Assembly (NCBI GenBank): GCA_008632985.1
Contig: QPGO01000089.1
Location: forward strand, 124,001 to 188,000
DNA: 64,000 nt
Direction of reading: 5' to 3'
From: Psammoneis japonica
Lineage: Eukaryota
The notes beneath the pieces were generated by a model. That model searched no databases, had not been told where the DNA came from, and saw only the letters and a list, made by a program, of their open reading frames with translations. Below, piece by piece: positions 38,201 to 50,500 of the stretch (position 1 is the first letter of the stretch; every line of letters starts with the position of its first letter). The position numbers and the translations under genes are program-made.

Positions 38201-39993
38201 CATCTTTTATTCTGAGTGAATCTCCAAGTGATGTCTCGACCAGTGGACCAACTAGAGAAGCCAGTGAAGCCCCGTCGACCACACCCTCCGCTCTTCCGTC
38301 GCTCGCCTTATCAGACGAACCAAGTCGGTACCCAAGCATACGACCATCGGATTCACCTTCAGTATCACCATCTTTTCCTCCGTCTAGCAGCCCAAGTGAG
38401 ATGCCACCTTTAGGGAGTGACGCGCCGAGTGGTTTTCCGTCAAGCCTCCCTTCGTCGGATCCCACAGTAAAATTGACGAGCGCACCTAGTAAAGTTCCCT
38501 CGACTACACCTTCCACTCATCCATCTCTTACACCTTCAAACGAGCCAAGCCAGTACCCAAGCATATTTCCGTCGGCGGCACCTTCAGCCCCACAATCTTT
38601 TGCCCCTACAAGCAGCCCAAGTGGTATTATAAGGAGTGACGCGCCGAGTGAAGCTCCATCAATTTCGCCTTCGTCGTTGCCCACGAGTGCACCCAGTGAG
38701 GTTCCGTCGACTGCACCCTCCACTCTTCCGTCGCTTGCCTCATCAGACGAACCAAGCCGGTACCCAAGCGTACGGCCGTCGGATTCACCTTCAGTATCAC
38801 CATCTTTTGCTCCGTCTAGCAGCCCAAGTGAGATGCCATCTTTAAGGAGTGACGCGCCGAGTGGTGTTCCGTCAAGCCTCCCTTCGTCAGTTCCCACAGT
38901 AAAATTAACGAGAGCACCTGGTGAGGTTCCTTCGACTACACCTTCCACTCCTCCATCTTTTATACCTTCCAACGTGCCAAGCCAGTACCCAAGCATACAT
39001 CCGTCGGCGGTACCTTCAGCACCACCATCTTTTGCCCCTACAAGCAGCCCAAGTGGCATTATAAGGAGTGACGCGCCGAGTGAAGCTCCATCAAGTTCGC
39101 CTTCGTCGGCGCCCACGAGTGCACCCAGTGAGGTTCCGTCGACTACACCCTCCACTCTTCCGTCGCTCGCCTTATCAGACGAACCAAGCCAGTACCCAAG
39201 CGTACGGCCGTCGGATACACCTTCAGTATCACCATCGTTTGCTCCGTCTAGCAGCCCAAGTGAGATGCCACCTTTAGGGAGTGACGCGCCGAGTGGTGTT
39301 CCGTCAAGCCTCCCTTCCTCAGTTCCCACAGTAAAATTAACGAGAGCACCTAGTGAGGTTCCCTCGACTACACCTTCCACTCATCCATCTCTTACACCTT
39401 CCAACGTGCCAAGCCAGTACCCCAGCATACAGCCGTCGGCGTCACCTTCGGTGTCACCATCTTTCGCACCCTCCAACGAACCGAGTCGGTACCCAAGCAC
39501 ACAGCCGTCGGCTTCACCTTCAGTATCACCATCATTTGCGCCGTCTGGCAATAACGGATTATCGTTGAGGCGCGACGCTCCGAGTGCAGCTCCTAGTGGT
39601 CTAAGCGAGCTCTGTTCTGTAATTTCTTCAAGGAAGCAATGCAACAATGAGTCACCCTGTCGGTGGAACAGAAGAGCAAAGGCGTGCGTGGTTATTTCCA
39701 CATGCTCAGCAAAACGACAAGGTTGTGACGTTTCTACAGACTGTTGCAATCATGTCTGCCGAGATGGCGAATGCAGAAATCAACAAAAAAATGTTGTGCC
39801 ACGAGTCTCGAAACAAGCTCAAAGTGAGAGAAAGCCACAGACTGCTGCATCAACCTTGTCATGGAGTTCCAACCCGAATTCCGCATGTTCGATGATTCTA
39901 ACCAAGGGAACATGTAGGCGCACTGATGCTTGTAGGTGGAACTGGAGAGCCAATCGTTGCGTGAGCAAGACAACCCACAAACAATATTTGTAA
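35227..39993 (+). CDS. Secreted M6-family (immune-inhibitor-A-like) zinc metalloprotease with a long Pro/Ser/Thr mucin-like stalk and a Cys-rich C-terminus
   Basis: Signal peptide, HEMGH-LxLPDLYD zinc motif, EYLLIENRQ and GLVIYHID; 1588-aa intronless ORF. Confidence 0.9.
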   Translation: MKMLPTPTAIMLLLLLLLAKIANFVGGINTSPAAFQEVQQNGVPTGNLYMKGTHVYHWYEDENGYTVCIDPETKDMPMRNWFYCKRGPKGALIIDRSLQVGKADPEAAGLKKGEKDTHRTILKKCGGFCKKEKSHTSDGANSSKPHVFLHHAQKPDWRRLDTTTPTVMHNLAVPIIFADHLSRTNRPSIEALNTFMNSESPSATYCPTGSLQQYYLQNSYGRVKIETTVAPWVTLNYTEVYSAKGKGGLTFRLRNKVLTSAMNQLDIDGFDFTQLDPDSDGKIDLLTFFHSGFGGEHGGADEFLTSSANRIFSHQWYLGKSGWTSSSGIKISKYMIVPALWGNRGSEITRLGTAAHEMGHLAFNLPDLYDREGKGEGPGSFSLLANAWGFDGSMLYPPMLDPWSRIKLGWANIVNLDSYQRDISVHPSYTTNEFYKISVGYPDMEYLLIENRQAMGFDARLPQEGLVIYHIDDRRRNHNLEGHPDQEGWPENGNHYQVAVLQADGLYDLEKSDNRGDGGDVWYNNSLAIGPGSTCKELCGNRTYPNTDSYQGGNITETGHTIMGINASHRVVTFDFISIDEATGVGEYAPSKAPSQNPTITASPSLSFVPSLAPTSSLRPSHVPSSLPSNTPSVSKAPSANPSQAPSLIPSVTPSSLPTKSPSLTPSATPSIKTPAPSDVPSAVPSGTPTHVPSESPSDVPTSDPFSVPSTLPSSAPSGKPSALASATPSSVLSESPSIAPSTLLTATTFVPSLSPSAIPSGIRSAVPSAEPSEVPSNPPSAQPSGVTLLTPSTVPSDTLSAAPSTAPSVAPSATPLSESSEAPSVKPSIVPSARTTAVPSSVPSDEASTTPSNEPSGAPSLTPSTATSDTPSMSTSEMPSVTRSTVLPVVPSVVPSMVPSIMPSITPSEIPSVNPSSKPPGAPSNEPSRKPSGTPSSSPSLSPSESLSDVPSANPSTTPSAVSSTVPSTAPSFTPSNEPTGKPSAVPSDTPSFILSESPSDVSTSGPTREASEAPSTTPSALPSLALSDEPSRYPSIRPSDSPSVSPSFPPSSSPSEMPPLGSDAPSGFPSSLPSSDPTVKLTSAPSKVPSTTPSTHPSLTPSNEPSQYPSIFPSAAPSAPQSFAPTSSPSGIIRSDAPSEAPSISPSSLPTSAPSEVPSTAPSTLPSLASSDEPSRYPSVRPSDSPSVSPSFAPSSSPSEMPSLRSDAPSGVPSSLPSSVPTVKLTRAPGEVPSTTPSTPPSFIPSNVPSQYPSIHPSAVPSAPPSFAPTSSPSGIIRSDAPSEAPSSSPSSAPTSAPSEVPSTTPSTLPSLALSDEPSQYPSVRPSDTPSVSPSFAPSSSPSEMPPLGSDAPSGVPSSLPSSVPTVKLTRAPSEVPSTTPSTHPSLTPSNVPSQYPSIQPSASPSVSPSFAPSNEPSRYPSTQPSASPSVSPSFAPSGNNGLSLRRDAPSAAPSGLSELCSVISSRKQCNNESPCRWNRRAKACVVISTCSAKRQGCDVSTDCCNHVCRDGECRNQQKNVVPRVSKQAQSERKPQTAASTLSWSSNPNSACSMILTKGTCRRTDACRWNWRANRCVSKTTHKQYL
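38264..39450 (+). repeat. Intragenic 432-bp (144-aa) tandem repeat, about 2.7 copies
   Basis: ataaggagtgacgcgccgagtgaagctccatc at about 38629 and 39061; repeated SDEPSxYPSxRPSD peptides. Confidence 0.88.
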
Positions 39994-41706
39994 GCGCCCT
40001 TGTTCGCCGACGATGTTGCGGATCGTTGCTCTACGGTAGAGTAGGCCAATCAAATCATGTTTTCAGACACTATTGTAGTTGTAGTACTATAGGGACACAA
40101 TGATTGAATGCACAATGCTCGTATCTTGTACACCCTTGTCGTGAAGCGAATATCGTGTCAAAGTTTCATCTGGTGTAGTAGTTCAATCTACAATCAGTCG
40201 TAACCTCCGCCGCCATTTTCTTTCAATCGACTGAAGAAAACAGAAACGTAACCAGAGCGTCGACCAGGGGTGGTGGGTACCTCGCATAGTGGCAGTGTGT
40301 ATCACCCTGTCGGATGTAGCGTTGTGGATGACGTGTCAAAAAATAGTCCGGATCCTGCAATGTAACCGTGTTTCCGGCAGGAATTGCATCCAAGTCCACA
40401 TGCTGCAGTCTCATCCATCCCATTTTCCAAAGATGAACAGCGTGTCAGGGATACAAGTACAACACAAAGAAACTCCAATGAATGCCATCATCGGTGGAGC
40501 TTTTTAAATGAGACAATCACTGTGCATGACCTTCTTCACACGAGAAAAAAAGGCATTTCATGGCGCATCGGAAGAAAGACCTCTTTCGAAAAAAGAAACA
40601 CTTCTCCCCATGGAAACCGATACCCGCGTCAACCCGTCCGCCCTAAGAATGTCTGAGATTTCCACCCGTTCATTCCTCATCCTTTTTGTTTTCGGATTTT
40701 CTTGCTGACACGCATCATGCATCATGCACCTCGTGTCGAAGGCTTGCCATGCGCTTTGCGCTCCGCATCGCCAAACTAACTAAAACTGTTAATTTTCAAC
40801 GTCTGTCAGTCGCAACCAAAATTTCGAAATTGTGTAAAGCTACGTAGAACATGTACCAAAGCTTCTCCCTCCACTATCAAAGGATTCCGGATTCCAATTA
40901 AGCTCAGAGCGAGGCGTCTGCCGACACAACAAATGCCCGCCACCCCGCCAATCAACCAGGCTGAGCACTACTTTGTTGTTCATGGACTGTAGCTAAATGA
41001 GGCACCAGTGCGGTGTGTGCCGGTATGTGGTGGAAGATACTTACAGTACGGTAAAAGAACATCGCGCAGGACGGAGGCTGATGCAGCATCATCATAGTCG
41101 AGGTGATCATTCCTTTGTTGCTGTTGATGACCAACGGGTCCGTCACAAGTTGAAATCTACCTGTATGTGGGAGTAACGGAAAAGGGCGTAAATAAATGAA
41201 TCACCTCCTGCTCCGACTCGGGACATTTGCAACAAATTGGCTGTACGTATGGTATGTATGGAACAATGGTGATTTGGACAAATGTCTATCGAGAGACGGG
41301 CACATTTGTAAACCTTTGAAAATGACTGACTTTTCGCGTATGACAATTCACGGCAATTTTTCAAATTTTACTATCGGCGAAACAACAACGACCTCACAAA
41401 AACGCGCGTCATAAAGTCCGAAAACACCTTTTTGTGTTGCTCTCCATCTCTTCGTTTTCGTCGTTCAATCAAGTCATTTTCTCGAGCGAAAGAGAACCAA
41501 TCCCGTCATCTATCATCTTGCGAAGTTTCACTTTTGTACAATACCTCGATTTTACAGTTTTGGTTGAACAGCTCTCGCTGATTTCCGAGTCACTCTAGAT
41601 TCTCTTTTGGCATGGTCATTTTGTCATTTCGTGAATTAATAATCATTCGCCCGCGTTGCGCGTATCGGTACACAGAAGAAGCCGATGAACAACTGATCCG
41701 AAGACC

Positions 41707-43668
41707 ATGATACTGTCAAGGCTACTGCTTTTGCTTTTGTCGGCTTCATGGACATCGCACTGCCCAGTTGAAGGTATAAACGCATCGCCGCTCCCATTTC
41801 ATGAGGTACAGGACGATGGGTCTACGACAGGCAAGCTGTACATGAGAGGCACTGAAGCCAACATATGGTACGAAGATGAAAATGGCTTCACCGTTTGTCT
41901 CGACCGAAAATTTCGACGCCGCGGGAACAATAAGCGAAGAAGATGGTACTACTGCAAACGAAATGTTGACGGAGACTTACAAATTGACTATGGACTACAA
42001 GTCGGTAAGACAGATCCTATTGCGGCAGGCCTGAAAAAGGGTGAACGAATGTCATCAGAAGCAATAATAAAGAGTTGTGGTGACTACTGCTCCTCGTTTC
42101 AGAAAAATGGCAACCAAAAGAAGACGCCAAACAACACCAAGAAACTACATCATGAACAGAAGAACGAATGGAGACGATTACAGTCGACGAGAGTTATGAA
42201 AAACTTGGTGGTCCCTTTCATTTTCTCTGATCACACGTCTCGCGAGAATCGCCCAAGTTTGGAAGAATTTGACGTGCTAATGAATAGCGTCACGCCCAAC
42301 TCAACGCTGTGTCCGACTGGTAGTCTAAGGCAATACTACACCGAGAATAGCGGAGGCAAGCTAACCATCGAAAGCACAATTGCTCCTTGGGTTAGGGTTC
42401 CCTACACTGAAGGGCACACTGCCAATGGCAAGCGCGGTATGACGTTGAAGATACACAATGTGTTGAAATCTGCCCTGACCGAACTGGACAAACAAGATTT
42501 CGACTTCTCCAAGCTTGACCATGATAATGACGGTGAAGTTGACTTGATGACATTTCTGCACTCTGGCTTTGGATCAGAATACGCCGGACCCGACGAGTAT
42601 TCAATTGGCAATGAAGATAGAGTTTATGCTCATCAGTGGCACCTTGGTAGAGATGGATGGACCTCAAAAAAAGGGATACACATCAGGAGGTATGTCATCT
42701 TCTCGTCCATTCATGGAAACCGAGGCAAAGATATTGTCCGTCTGGGCGGAATAGCACACGAGCTGGCTCATTTGCTGAACTTGCCAGACATGTACGACAA
42801 AATCGGTGTTGGCGAGGGTCAAGGCTCGTGGAGCTTAATGTCGAACGCATGGGGATTCGATTACACAATGTATCATCCGCCTATCCTTGATCCTTGGTGT
42901 AAGCTGCAGTTAGGATGGGCGAACATCACGACTTTAACCGGCTACCAAAAGAACCTGAGGTTAAAGCCATCGTACAAATCAAACCAATACTACCGCATCG
43001 ATATGGGATACCAAGAGAATGAGTATTTGTTGATTGAAAATCGTCAAGCAATGGGAACGGATTCTCTTATTCCAGAGGAGGGCTTACTAATATACCACAT
43101 TGACGATGCAAGGAAAAACCACAATCTCGAAGGGCACCCCGACCAGGAAGGATGGCCTGAGAATGGAAACCACTACCAGGTTGCTGTTCTTCAAGCTGAC
43201 GGATCATACGATTTGGAGAAAGGTACAAATCGAGGGGACGCTGGCGACGTCTGGCGTGGCAGCTCGGGGAGCCTCGGCCCGGGTAAAAGCTGTGGTGAAT
43301 TATGCGGGAATCGAAGTTATCCCAACACAGACTCATATCAAGGAGGCACAGTTCATGAGACTGGACACGTCATTACTCGAATCCGTCGAGGAAAGGGCGA
43401 CACCATGATGTTTGACTTTGTTGGCTTAAACGACGCATCGAAGATTCAAGCGCCCCGTTGCAAGGCAATCAAGAGAATTGGACGATGCCGGAGAACCGAG
43501 TCTTGTAGATGGAACAATTTTGGAAGAGTTTGCGTAGACGCGACGACTTGTGCTCCCAAAAGGGGGGCTTGCAGAACGGATTCAGACTGTTGTAACCACG
43601 TCTGTAGACCAAATGGGCGCTGTCTGAAGCCCAAAAAGAGAGGAGTTTCCCTCTTTACTGCAGACTGA
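41707..43668 (+). CDS. Secreted M6-family zinc metalloprotease; paralog of 35227-39993 without the mucin stalk
   Basis: Signal peptide, HELAH-LLNLPDMYD, shared NHNLEGHPDQEGWPENGNHYQVAVLQADG and a Cys-rich tail. Confidence 0.92.
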   Translation: MILSRLLLLLLSASWTSHCPVEGINASPLPFHEVQDDGSTTGKLYMRGTEANIWYEDENGFTVCLDRKFRRRGNNKRRRWYYCKRNVDGDLQIDYGLQVGKTDPIAAGLKKGERMSSEAIIKSCGDYCSSFQKNGNQKKTPNNTKKLHHEQKNEWRRLQSTRVMKNLVVPFIFSDHTSRENRPSLEEFDVLMNSVTPNSTLCPTGSLRQYYTENSGGKLTIESTIAPWVRVPYTEGHTANGKRGMTLKIHNVLKSALTELDKQDFDFSKLDHDNDGEVDLMTFLHSGFGSEYAGPDEYSIGNEDRVYAHQWHLGRDGWTSKKGIHIRRYVIFSSIHGNRGKDIVRLGGIAHELAHLLNLPDMYDKIGVGEGQGSWSLMSNAWGFDYTMYHPPILDPWCKLQLGWANITTLTGYQKNLRLKPSYKSNQYYRIDMGYQENEYLLIENRQAMGTDSLIPEEGLLIYHIDDARKNHNLEGHPDQEGWPENGNHYQVAVLQADGSYDLEKGTNRGDAGDVWRGSSGSLGPGKSCGELCGNRSYPNTDSYQGGTVHETGHVITRIRRGKGDTMMFDFVGLNDASKIQAPRCKAIKRIGRCRRTESCRWNNFGRVCVDATTCAPKRGACRTDSDCCNHVCRPNGRCLKPKKRGVSLFTAD

Positions 43669-46600
43669 GGAGAGTACAACCGCTCGATTGTTCGTCCACC
43701 TTGTGCACCCGTTGCCCTCGTTTCACAAATTGTCACAAGCTCTACGCCCCACCGTGCGCATAGACCGGCAGTCTTTATCGTCCTCAATCAATGTCAGCCA
43801 CAGGCGATCCTTTCAACCGAGAAAAGAAAGGTTATCCCGACACGGCACCAGTCGCTGTCAAGCTCTTATTGAGTTGATTGAATGGTAACATCAATCAACG
43901 TACGTCTAGTTTGAACGGCACGTGGCATCAGAATATTTGGGGAAGACAGCTCACAGCACCCCCATCCCCAAAGGCGGTTCACATATGTTGCGAGAAGCAG
44001 AGTCCTAAGCATTATTTTTGCACTCTTTGGTTGAGTTTCAGTCTCTTAGTACTGAGTTTAGTCGTAAAAAATTCGAGCTTCTATTTCTTGTGAAATGCGG
44101 TAGTGCGACAAACATGGCCATGTTGCAATTTTTATTCGAACCCATTATCTCTCGTTTTCCACTCTTCCGAGACTTCATCATGACATGCTGAACCGGAACA
44201 ATCCGACGATGCAGTGCAAGCAGCCACAACTACGAATGGCGAGAGGCAGAATTAGCCAGATGTCAACCTCAGTATCACCTGCAGCGCGACCCTTCTGAAA
44301 CACTGGCAACGAATTCCATAGATGAGGATCTATGGGGTTAAACTTCAGCGGCAGCCAAGAGGAACTTTTGCTGGACGGCACATTGTACGACGACCGGGTT
44401 TCGGTTGGCTCCAAGTCAACTTTGGTAGATCGCAGCCGTCGTTCTCGGAAACAAGACACAGATACGTCACAGAGGGTGGGATGTAAAACGTGTACAATAT
44501 CAACGATCATTCAGTGAAGGAAGACCTTCGAGTGACTACTGCAGACGACATATCGTCAGGCGAACCTACCGAAAGCAGCGAGGGAACCACAGATGACAGT
44601 GACAACCGACTAACGAATGAAACGTACGACTGTGCTTTAGTATTACCAGTCGCGACACTTGTTGGACGAGGTCGCCTGCGTAACCATGCCAATGAGACTC
44701 AGAATTTTACGGTGGAAAAAGTTGATTATGAATCATCTGAGAAGTCTCCCAGAGCCTCTCGCGTCGTTGAAGAAAGCTCACATCGTGTAGACGAGGTCAT
44801 TGTGACTGTTGCCATGCTCTGTCGGCGACGAACAACAATGCGTTACATCGAACGATGCGATTGACTCTCCGACCCGGAGTCTTACGGCAGGCTTGTTTGT
44901 GTCATTGATGAGCATTGGGTGCGCAAGTTGTTCCAGGCAAGAATCGCGTGCACCGACTGAATCTCAAGGATGGTACCGACAACAAGAATCCTCGTGGGCA
45001 GGCGAAGGAGGAAGCGCTTGGATGGATTTATCTCGTGCACTGCGCACATGATAACACCACCGAGTTCTTGACATGATGCTTCATAGCAACTACTCTGTTT
45101 GTGGCGCAAAATCTGCAGCTGGATCAGGTTCTTATTTCTTATTGCAAAGTGGTCTACTCTGGTTATTTTCAGTCGCTCAGTGTATCCATTCTTTTACGTC
45201 ATTTTAGCACTGATGCTCTTCGGACATGTTCCTGCGCCGTTGGTTTCTTTGCGTTCTTTTCAATGGGATGGACTGCGGTCTTTCAGGAGTCAATGCTGCC
45301 CCATTGTGCAGCGGAATGACAATGAGAGAGTTGCTACGGATGCTTAACTTACACGAGTGGTGGGCTGACAGAAATGCCGTCTGCTCTGGGTGTTGTCATT
45401 CGTTTGAGATCACAGTCGCACCTTCCTTTCTAATGCTTTTAATGCAAGTTCTCCACTGCACTTTTTGAAATTTAACAAGATTCGCAAGGTAATCACTTAG
45501 TTGATGCGACGGGCAACAGGCTCTGTGGCATGCCAGATGGGGTTGTGGGGTTCGTCCAAAAGCAGATTTATCACGTGCAGCGACTCTGGCATTTCAAAGG
45601 TTAAATCTGACATGTTTGTCATGATGTGACTGATGAGTTGGGCCTGAAACTGATTGGCACAGGATGGAGTGAACGGCCCACCCATCTACATGCCTTTTGT
45701 GGATGGGTTCACTTGGCTCAACAAGTGAACACAAGGACCTGCTGAGTGTGCCACACTTGGATGGGAGCCACAAGATGTTGGGCATTGTGATGTGATTCTG
45801 GCAGCATGGAAAGAATTCCGCCACAACCACACTCAAGAAGTGTGCCACAGCTGGGAGAGACCATGAGTGCCAGGTCAAGATTTTCCAGAATCTTGCTGCT
45901 TTGTTGTTGCCAAACCTGATGGAAGCTCACTTGCTGCAGTGACAGATCTGAACAGGAGATGGCATTTCTGCACTGCTTTGGTCTGCAATGTGGTGGATTG
46001 TGCAACAACTGCATCATCTGCACACAGAGCAAAGTTGCTTTTCAAGCACACAGTTCACACACCCAATGACTCTGGTGTTGACTCCACCAATTTGCATCTG
46101 ACAGAGGTGTGTTGCATGTGGTGCATTTCTTGGAAGCGACCTTGTGTCAATGAGAGAAAGTCTGTTGGGTGGCAGCATGTCAGCGGTGACTCCCCACAAA
46201 ATGTGAGACATTTAAAGCAAGAGGTTGGACTCCATTTGCTGTTCATTCAAGACATTGTTCCCCCTTGTTGGCAGCCTCAAGTTTGCCCACATTTTGCCAG
46301 TCCCATGTCATTTGGGAATGAGCAGAACATGCACCTCACTCTGTCAATCTTTGTTCCTGAGTCTTTGTCTCAGCCTTGGCTGCCAAACAGCAGCAGTTGG
46401 AGCATCAACTTGGCTGCCCCAACCTCCAATGCATGAGAAACAAACTCATTGTCATTTTTGGTTTGTTGTGCACCACTTGAAAAATGACCTGTGCTCATGA
46501 TTTTGCTTTTTTTCTGCCAGAGTGCTCTGCACACACTGGAAAACTGTGGAGGGTTCCCAAATTTGGCACACTCCTCCTCCTCCTCCCCCTCCTCCTCCTC

Positions 46601-47089
46601 AGCAGCAGCAGCAGCAACAGCAGCAGCATTTTCAAAGATTTGAAGGAGATGCACCAACTGCAGAGCTGCAAAAAGACATTTAAAACTCAGCTGTGAGGTT
46701 TTTCTTTGTGGCTCAGCTCCAAAAATGAGCCCTTCTGACCATCTCTTTGAGTGGCAAAATGGCCAATCATGGAACAAACAGCCTTTCAGTTGGAGTGGCA
46801 TCAATCTTTGAACTGCACTTGTGGCTTGTTCAACTGAAAACCTTGACTTGTTTGACCAAATCCAAAGCTGTTGTTTGGTTGATGCCATTGATCAGCTGCT
46901 GCTGCCAGAGCTGCTGCACACCTGGCTGGCAGCTCAAAATCAAGTGCTGCTGACAAATTTAATTGCTGACATCATGACTGGCAAGCAAAGTTTTTTTTTT
47001 GTTTCATGAGAAAGGCCATCAAGTGGATTTTTCTTTGTGACCACTGAATTTTCACAAGCAATCTCAGCATCAATCAGCAGAAAAAGCTG

Positions 47090-48830
47090 TGTCTGACAAT
47101 TTGTCTGCACTCTCAGCTTCTGAGCACACTGTGCACACCCCAAAGCATTGAAAGTGTTGAGCAAATTTTTGCCGGGTGTCTTGGCCACCATTGTGGTGGC
47201 AGCACAGCTTCTGTGTGTGTGTGTGTGCACAGACACACCTTGTGACCAAGTGTTCCCAAGCAGAAAAAGCACCTTCTCATGTCCTGAGAAACAATCTCAG
47301 TGTGTCAAGCACAATCTGGGGTGGCTGCCTTTTTGCAGTTGTGGTGGCAGAGCAAAATCCATGCAGCATGTTGAAAGTTGAAAGCCCTGGTGGCAAAGTG
47401 TCAGCCAGGAGATGAAGCAACTTCTGCCATTTGGTGTTTGCTTTCTCAGCTTCTGAGCACACTCTTCATGCAACAAGGAACAAACTCAAATCATTGAGCA
47501 CAGTTTGGCAGGGTTGCTTGACCACCACAATGGCAACAACAGCACAGCTTTTGTGTGTGCAAAAACACCTGGTGATGTGAGCCACCAGAAAAAAACTTCT
47601 TCAAAAAAGTTTGCACTCTCAGTTTCTGACCCAACTTCTGCATCCCAAGACACAATCTCAAGGTGCTGAGCACAGTTTGGGTGGGTTGCTTGGCTGCAGT
47701 TGTGGTGACAGAGCTGCCTCAGGCTGTGCAGAAACACCTGGTGGCAAAGTGTCAAGTGGCAGAAAAAGTCGCTTCTGCTGAGCCATTTGCAGCCCTGGCT
47801 TTTGAGATCTGTTTCCATGTTCCAAGAAATGATCTCAAAGTGTTGAGTTCTTGGCTGGAGCTGTGGCAAAAGAGCAGCCTCTGGCTGAGCAGGGGCACCC
47901 AGCAGCAAAGTGTCAAGGCGCAGAAAAAGTCACTTCTGCCAAACTGCATGCACTCTTTCTTCTGAGTGCACTCTGCACACACCCCAAGGCTCAAACTCAA
48001 GGCACTGAACACAGTTTGGCCATTTTGCTTGGCTGCCGTTGCGATGGCAACACATCTTCTGTGTGTGGAGAGACAGCTGGTTTGCCTGGTGTCAGTCAGC
48101 AGAAAAGTTGCTTGTGCCAAACAGTTTGCCCTCGCTCAGCTTCTGAATGCACTTTGCACTTCCCAGCACAGAAACCCAATTTGTTGAGCAAAGTTTGGCT
48201 GGGTTGGTTGACCACCATTGCAGTGGCAGCATGGCTTCTGTTTGTGCAGGACATCAGGTGTCACCCTGCAGAAAAAGACACTTCCACTGCATTGTTTGCA
48301 CCCTCAGCTTCTGAACTCACTCTGCACACCCCAAGACATGAACTTGGTTCATTGAACACACATTGTGGTGGCAGCACAGCTTCTGGCTGTGTGCACCAAG
48401 AAGAGCACCTGGGCACCATGTGTTGCCCAGCAGAAACAGTTGCTTGTGCCAAATGGTCTGCACTCTCAGCTTCTGAGCACTGATCACACACCCCGTGGCA
48501 CAAACTCAAAGCATTGAGCACAGCTTGACTGGGTTGGTTGACCAGTGTTGTGGTGGCAGCACAGCTCATGTGTGTGCACAAACACCTGTTTGCCAGGTGG
48601 CTGTCACCCAGCAGAAAAAGTTGCTTGTGCCAAACTGTTTGCACTCTCAGCTTCTGAGCACACTCTGTGCACCCCAAGGCACAAATTGAAAGCATGGAGC
48701 ACTGTTTGGCTGGGTTGCTGCTTGACCATGGTTGTGGTGGCAGTGCAGCTTCCATGTTTGCAGGAGGGGCACCAGGTGAACAGGTGGCACATGGCAGCAG
48801 AGAAAGCCTCTTCTGCCAAATTGTTTGCAC
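47090..48830. repeat. Degenerate tandem repeat, about 170-180 bp unit
   Basis: gcactctcagcttctgagcac-like motif near 47107, 47445, 47613, 47960, 48134, 48300, 48460 and 48641. Confidence 0.8.
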
Positions 48831-49099
48831 CAGCCCCTTTGAGGATCTTGGCTCACCTCGTCACAGAAGATGTTGTGGGTGGACTCACCCTCTTGCACCC
48901 TCTGGTTGAAATCCTTGATCCTTGCCTCCTCAATGATCTCAGTCATTGTGTCATGATCAAGCTTTGGCTCAATGCACTCACACCAGGAGTGCCAGCCTCT
49001 GCATTCTCTTGTTGTGGATGCACTCAACCACATGCTGCTGGCAGTGGTTGTTGTGAATGAGTTGCTTGATGTCCTTGTTGGCAACCAAGTTACACTCCT

Positions 49100-50500
49100 G
49101 GATGACAGAAACAAGGCAACCTGTCATTGTGCACTTCAACAAAGGCAAGAATGAGAGGAGTGCCACAAGCCTTTCTTGCACCCCAGATGAAGCCAATCTT
49201 CTCTCCAGGGTGGTTGAGCAAATGCTCCAGGCACTCAATGGAGATGTTGTCCTCATGAGCTGATGCTTGTGATGAAAGGTCACAGCAGTGGCACATCCAC
49301 TGCCTTCATTTCTCTCCAGTTGCCATGCTTCCACCAGTTTGTTTGCCCAATGTTTCTTGCATTCTGTTTCTTGATGTCATCAAAGACAATGAATGGACCA
49401 ACCAAGATGCTGGACTTGAGCTTTGCCACCATCATGCTGGGAGTGAAGCCCAGCTTCTCATTGGGTTCCAAGAGCCAAGTTGCAACCAACACAATTTGCT
49501 CTGACTGGCACAATGATGCAGCCCATCTTGGGAAAGCATCTTGCAAACCTTTGGCCCACATCAACAACTGTCTCAACTTCTGCCTCTTTCAGCACTTCCT
49601 GGACATGCTTTGCATCTGCCTCTGTCAACTTGTGCCAGTTTGACAAAACACTCTGGTCTGCACTGTTCTTTCAAATGCCCAAACCAGTGTGCTTGTGGCA
49701 CATTGCAAGGAAGCTGGTGAGATTGGACTTGTTGTTGCAGGCCAACAAGTGCGTGCCTCACAGCAGCTCCATTTTCTCTGCACAGTTGTCATGAATGTGG
49801 AGCAGCATGTTGCACACCTTTGGCCACATCATCACTGGATCTCCTGTCTCTGCAAAAATGCTTCTGGACAAATTCCATCCATGACAGCAGCAGCTTGCTC
49901 TTTGCACTTGTGTGCCCTGCCCTTGTCCCTGTTTGCTGCACCCTGCTCTCTTTGTTGTGCTGAATTTTCCATCATCAAGGCTGACAGCTTTGATGCACTT
50001 TGTCTTCTTTGAAATTGCCATGCACTTCCAAGTGCTGCTGCTGCCTGTGGCTCCACCAGAGTGTTCAGATGCTGTCTCACAGTCTGGGACTTCTTCACAA
50101 ACACGTTGTGCAGTGTGCAGCCAGCAGCAACAGTCAATTTGCCTTGTGTGGCTCCAGCCAATCAGGTCTGAGCGTTGCCTTTTTACATTGCCCCCTGTGC
50201 ACCATGCCCTTGATGATGATGAGGCCCAGCAGATGCCAATGAATTCCTGCACAACCTTGTCTTTGATGCTCTCACCCACTGGTGGACCGCAATGGGTGGT
50301 GCTCCAATGTGGTGTTTGCAAGAACACCTTCAATGCAGCTGTCATGAAGGTCTCCAGTGCTGAAAACAGCAGAATGGAGACAGCCAAATGTGGCCACAGT
50401 TCTGTCACTCCAGGTGAGGTTGGGGCAGCGTGTCTTTCCTTTTCAGCATGCAAGTTGTTGTGCGCAGACACAGAGTGGCGCGGCATGAGGGTGGACATCC
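49100..50500 (-). pseudogene. hAT-like transposase remnant
   Basis: TPHWSTT (TRWxS-like), NWWKH and LASSGVQER (C-terminal dimerisation-domain-like) in broken frames. Confidence 0.45.

Noticed and set aside
36930..39749. Long Gly/Asp/Glu-rich minus-strand ORFs
   Set aside because: Antisense shadows of the Pro/Ser/Thr repeat coding region.
44100..45450. Protein-coding gene
   Set aside because: Only short broken frames with no recognisable domain; possibly a decayed gene but unsupported.
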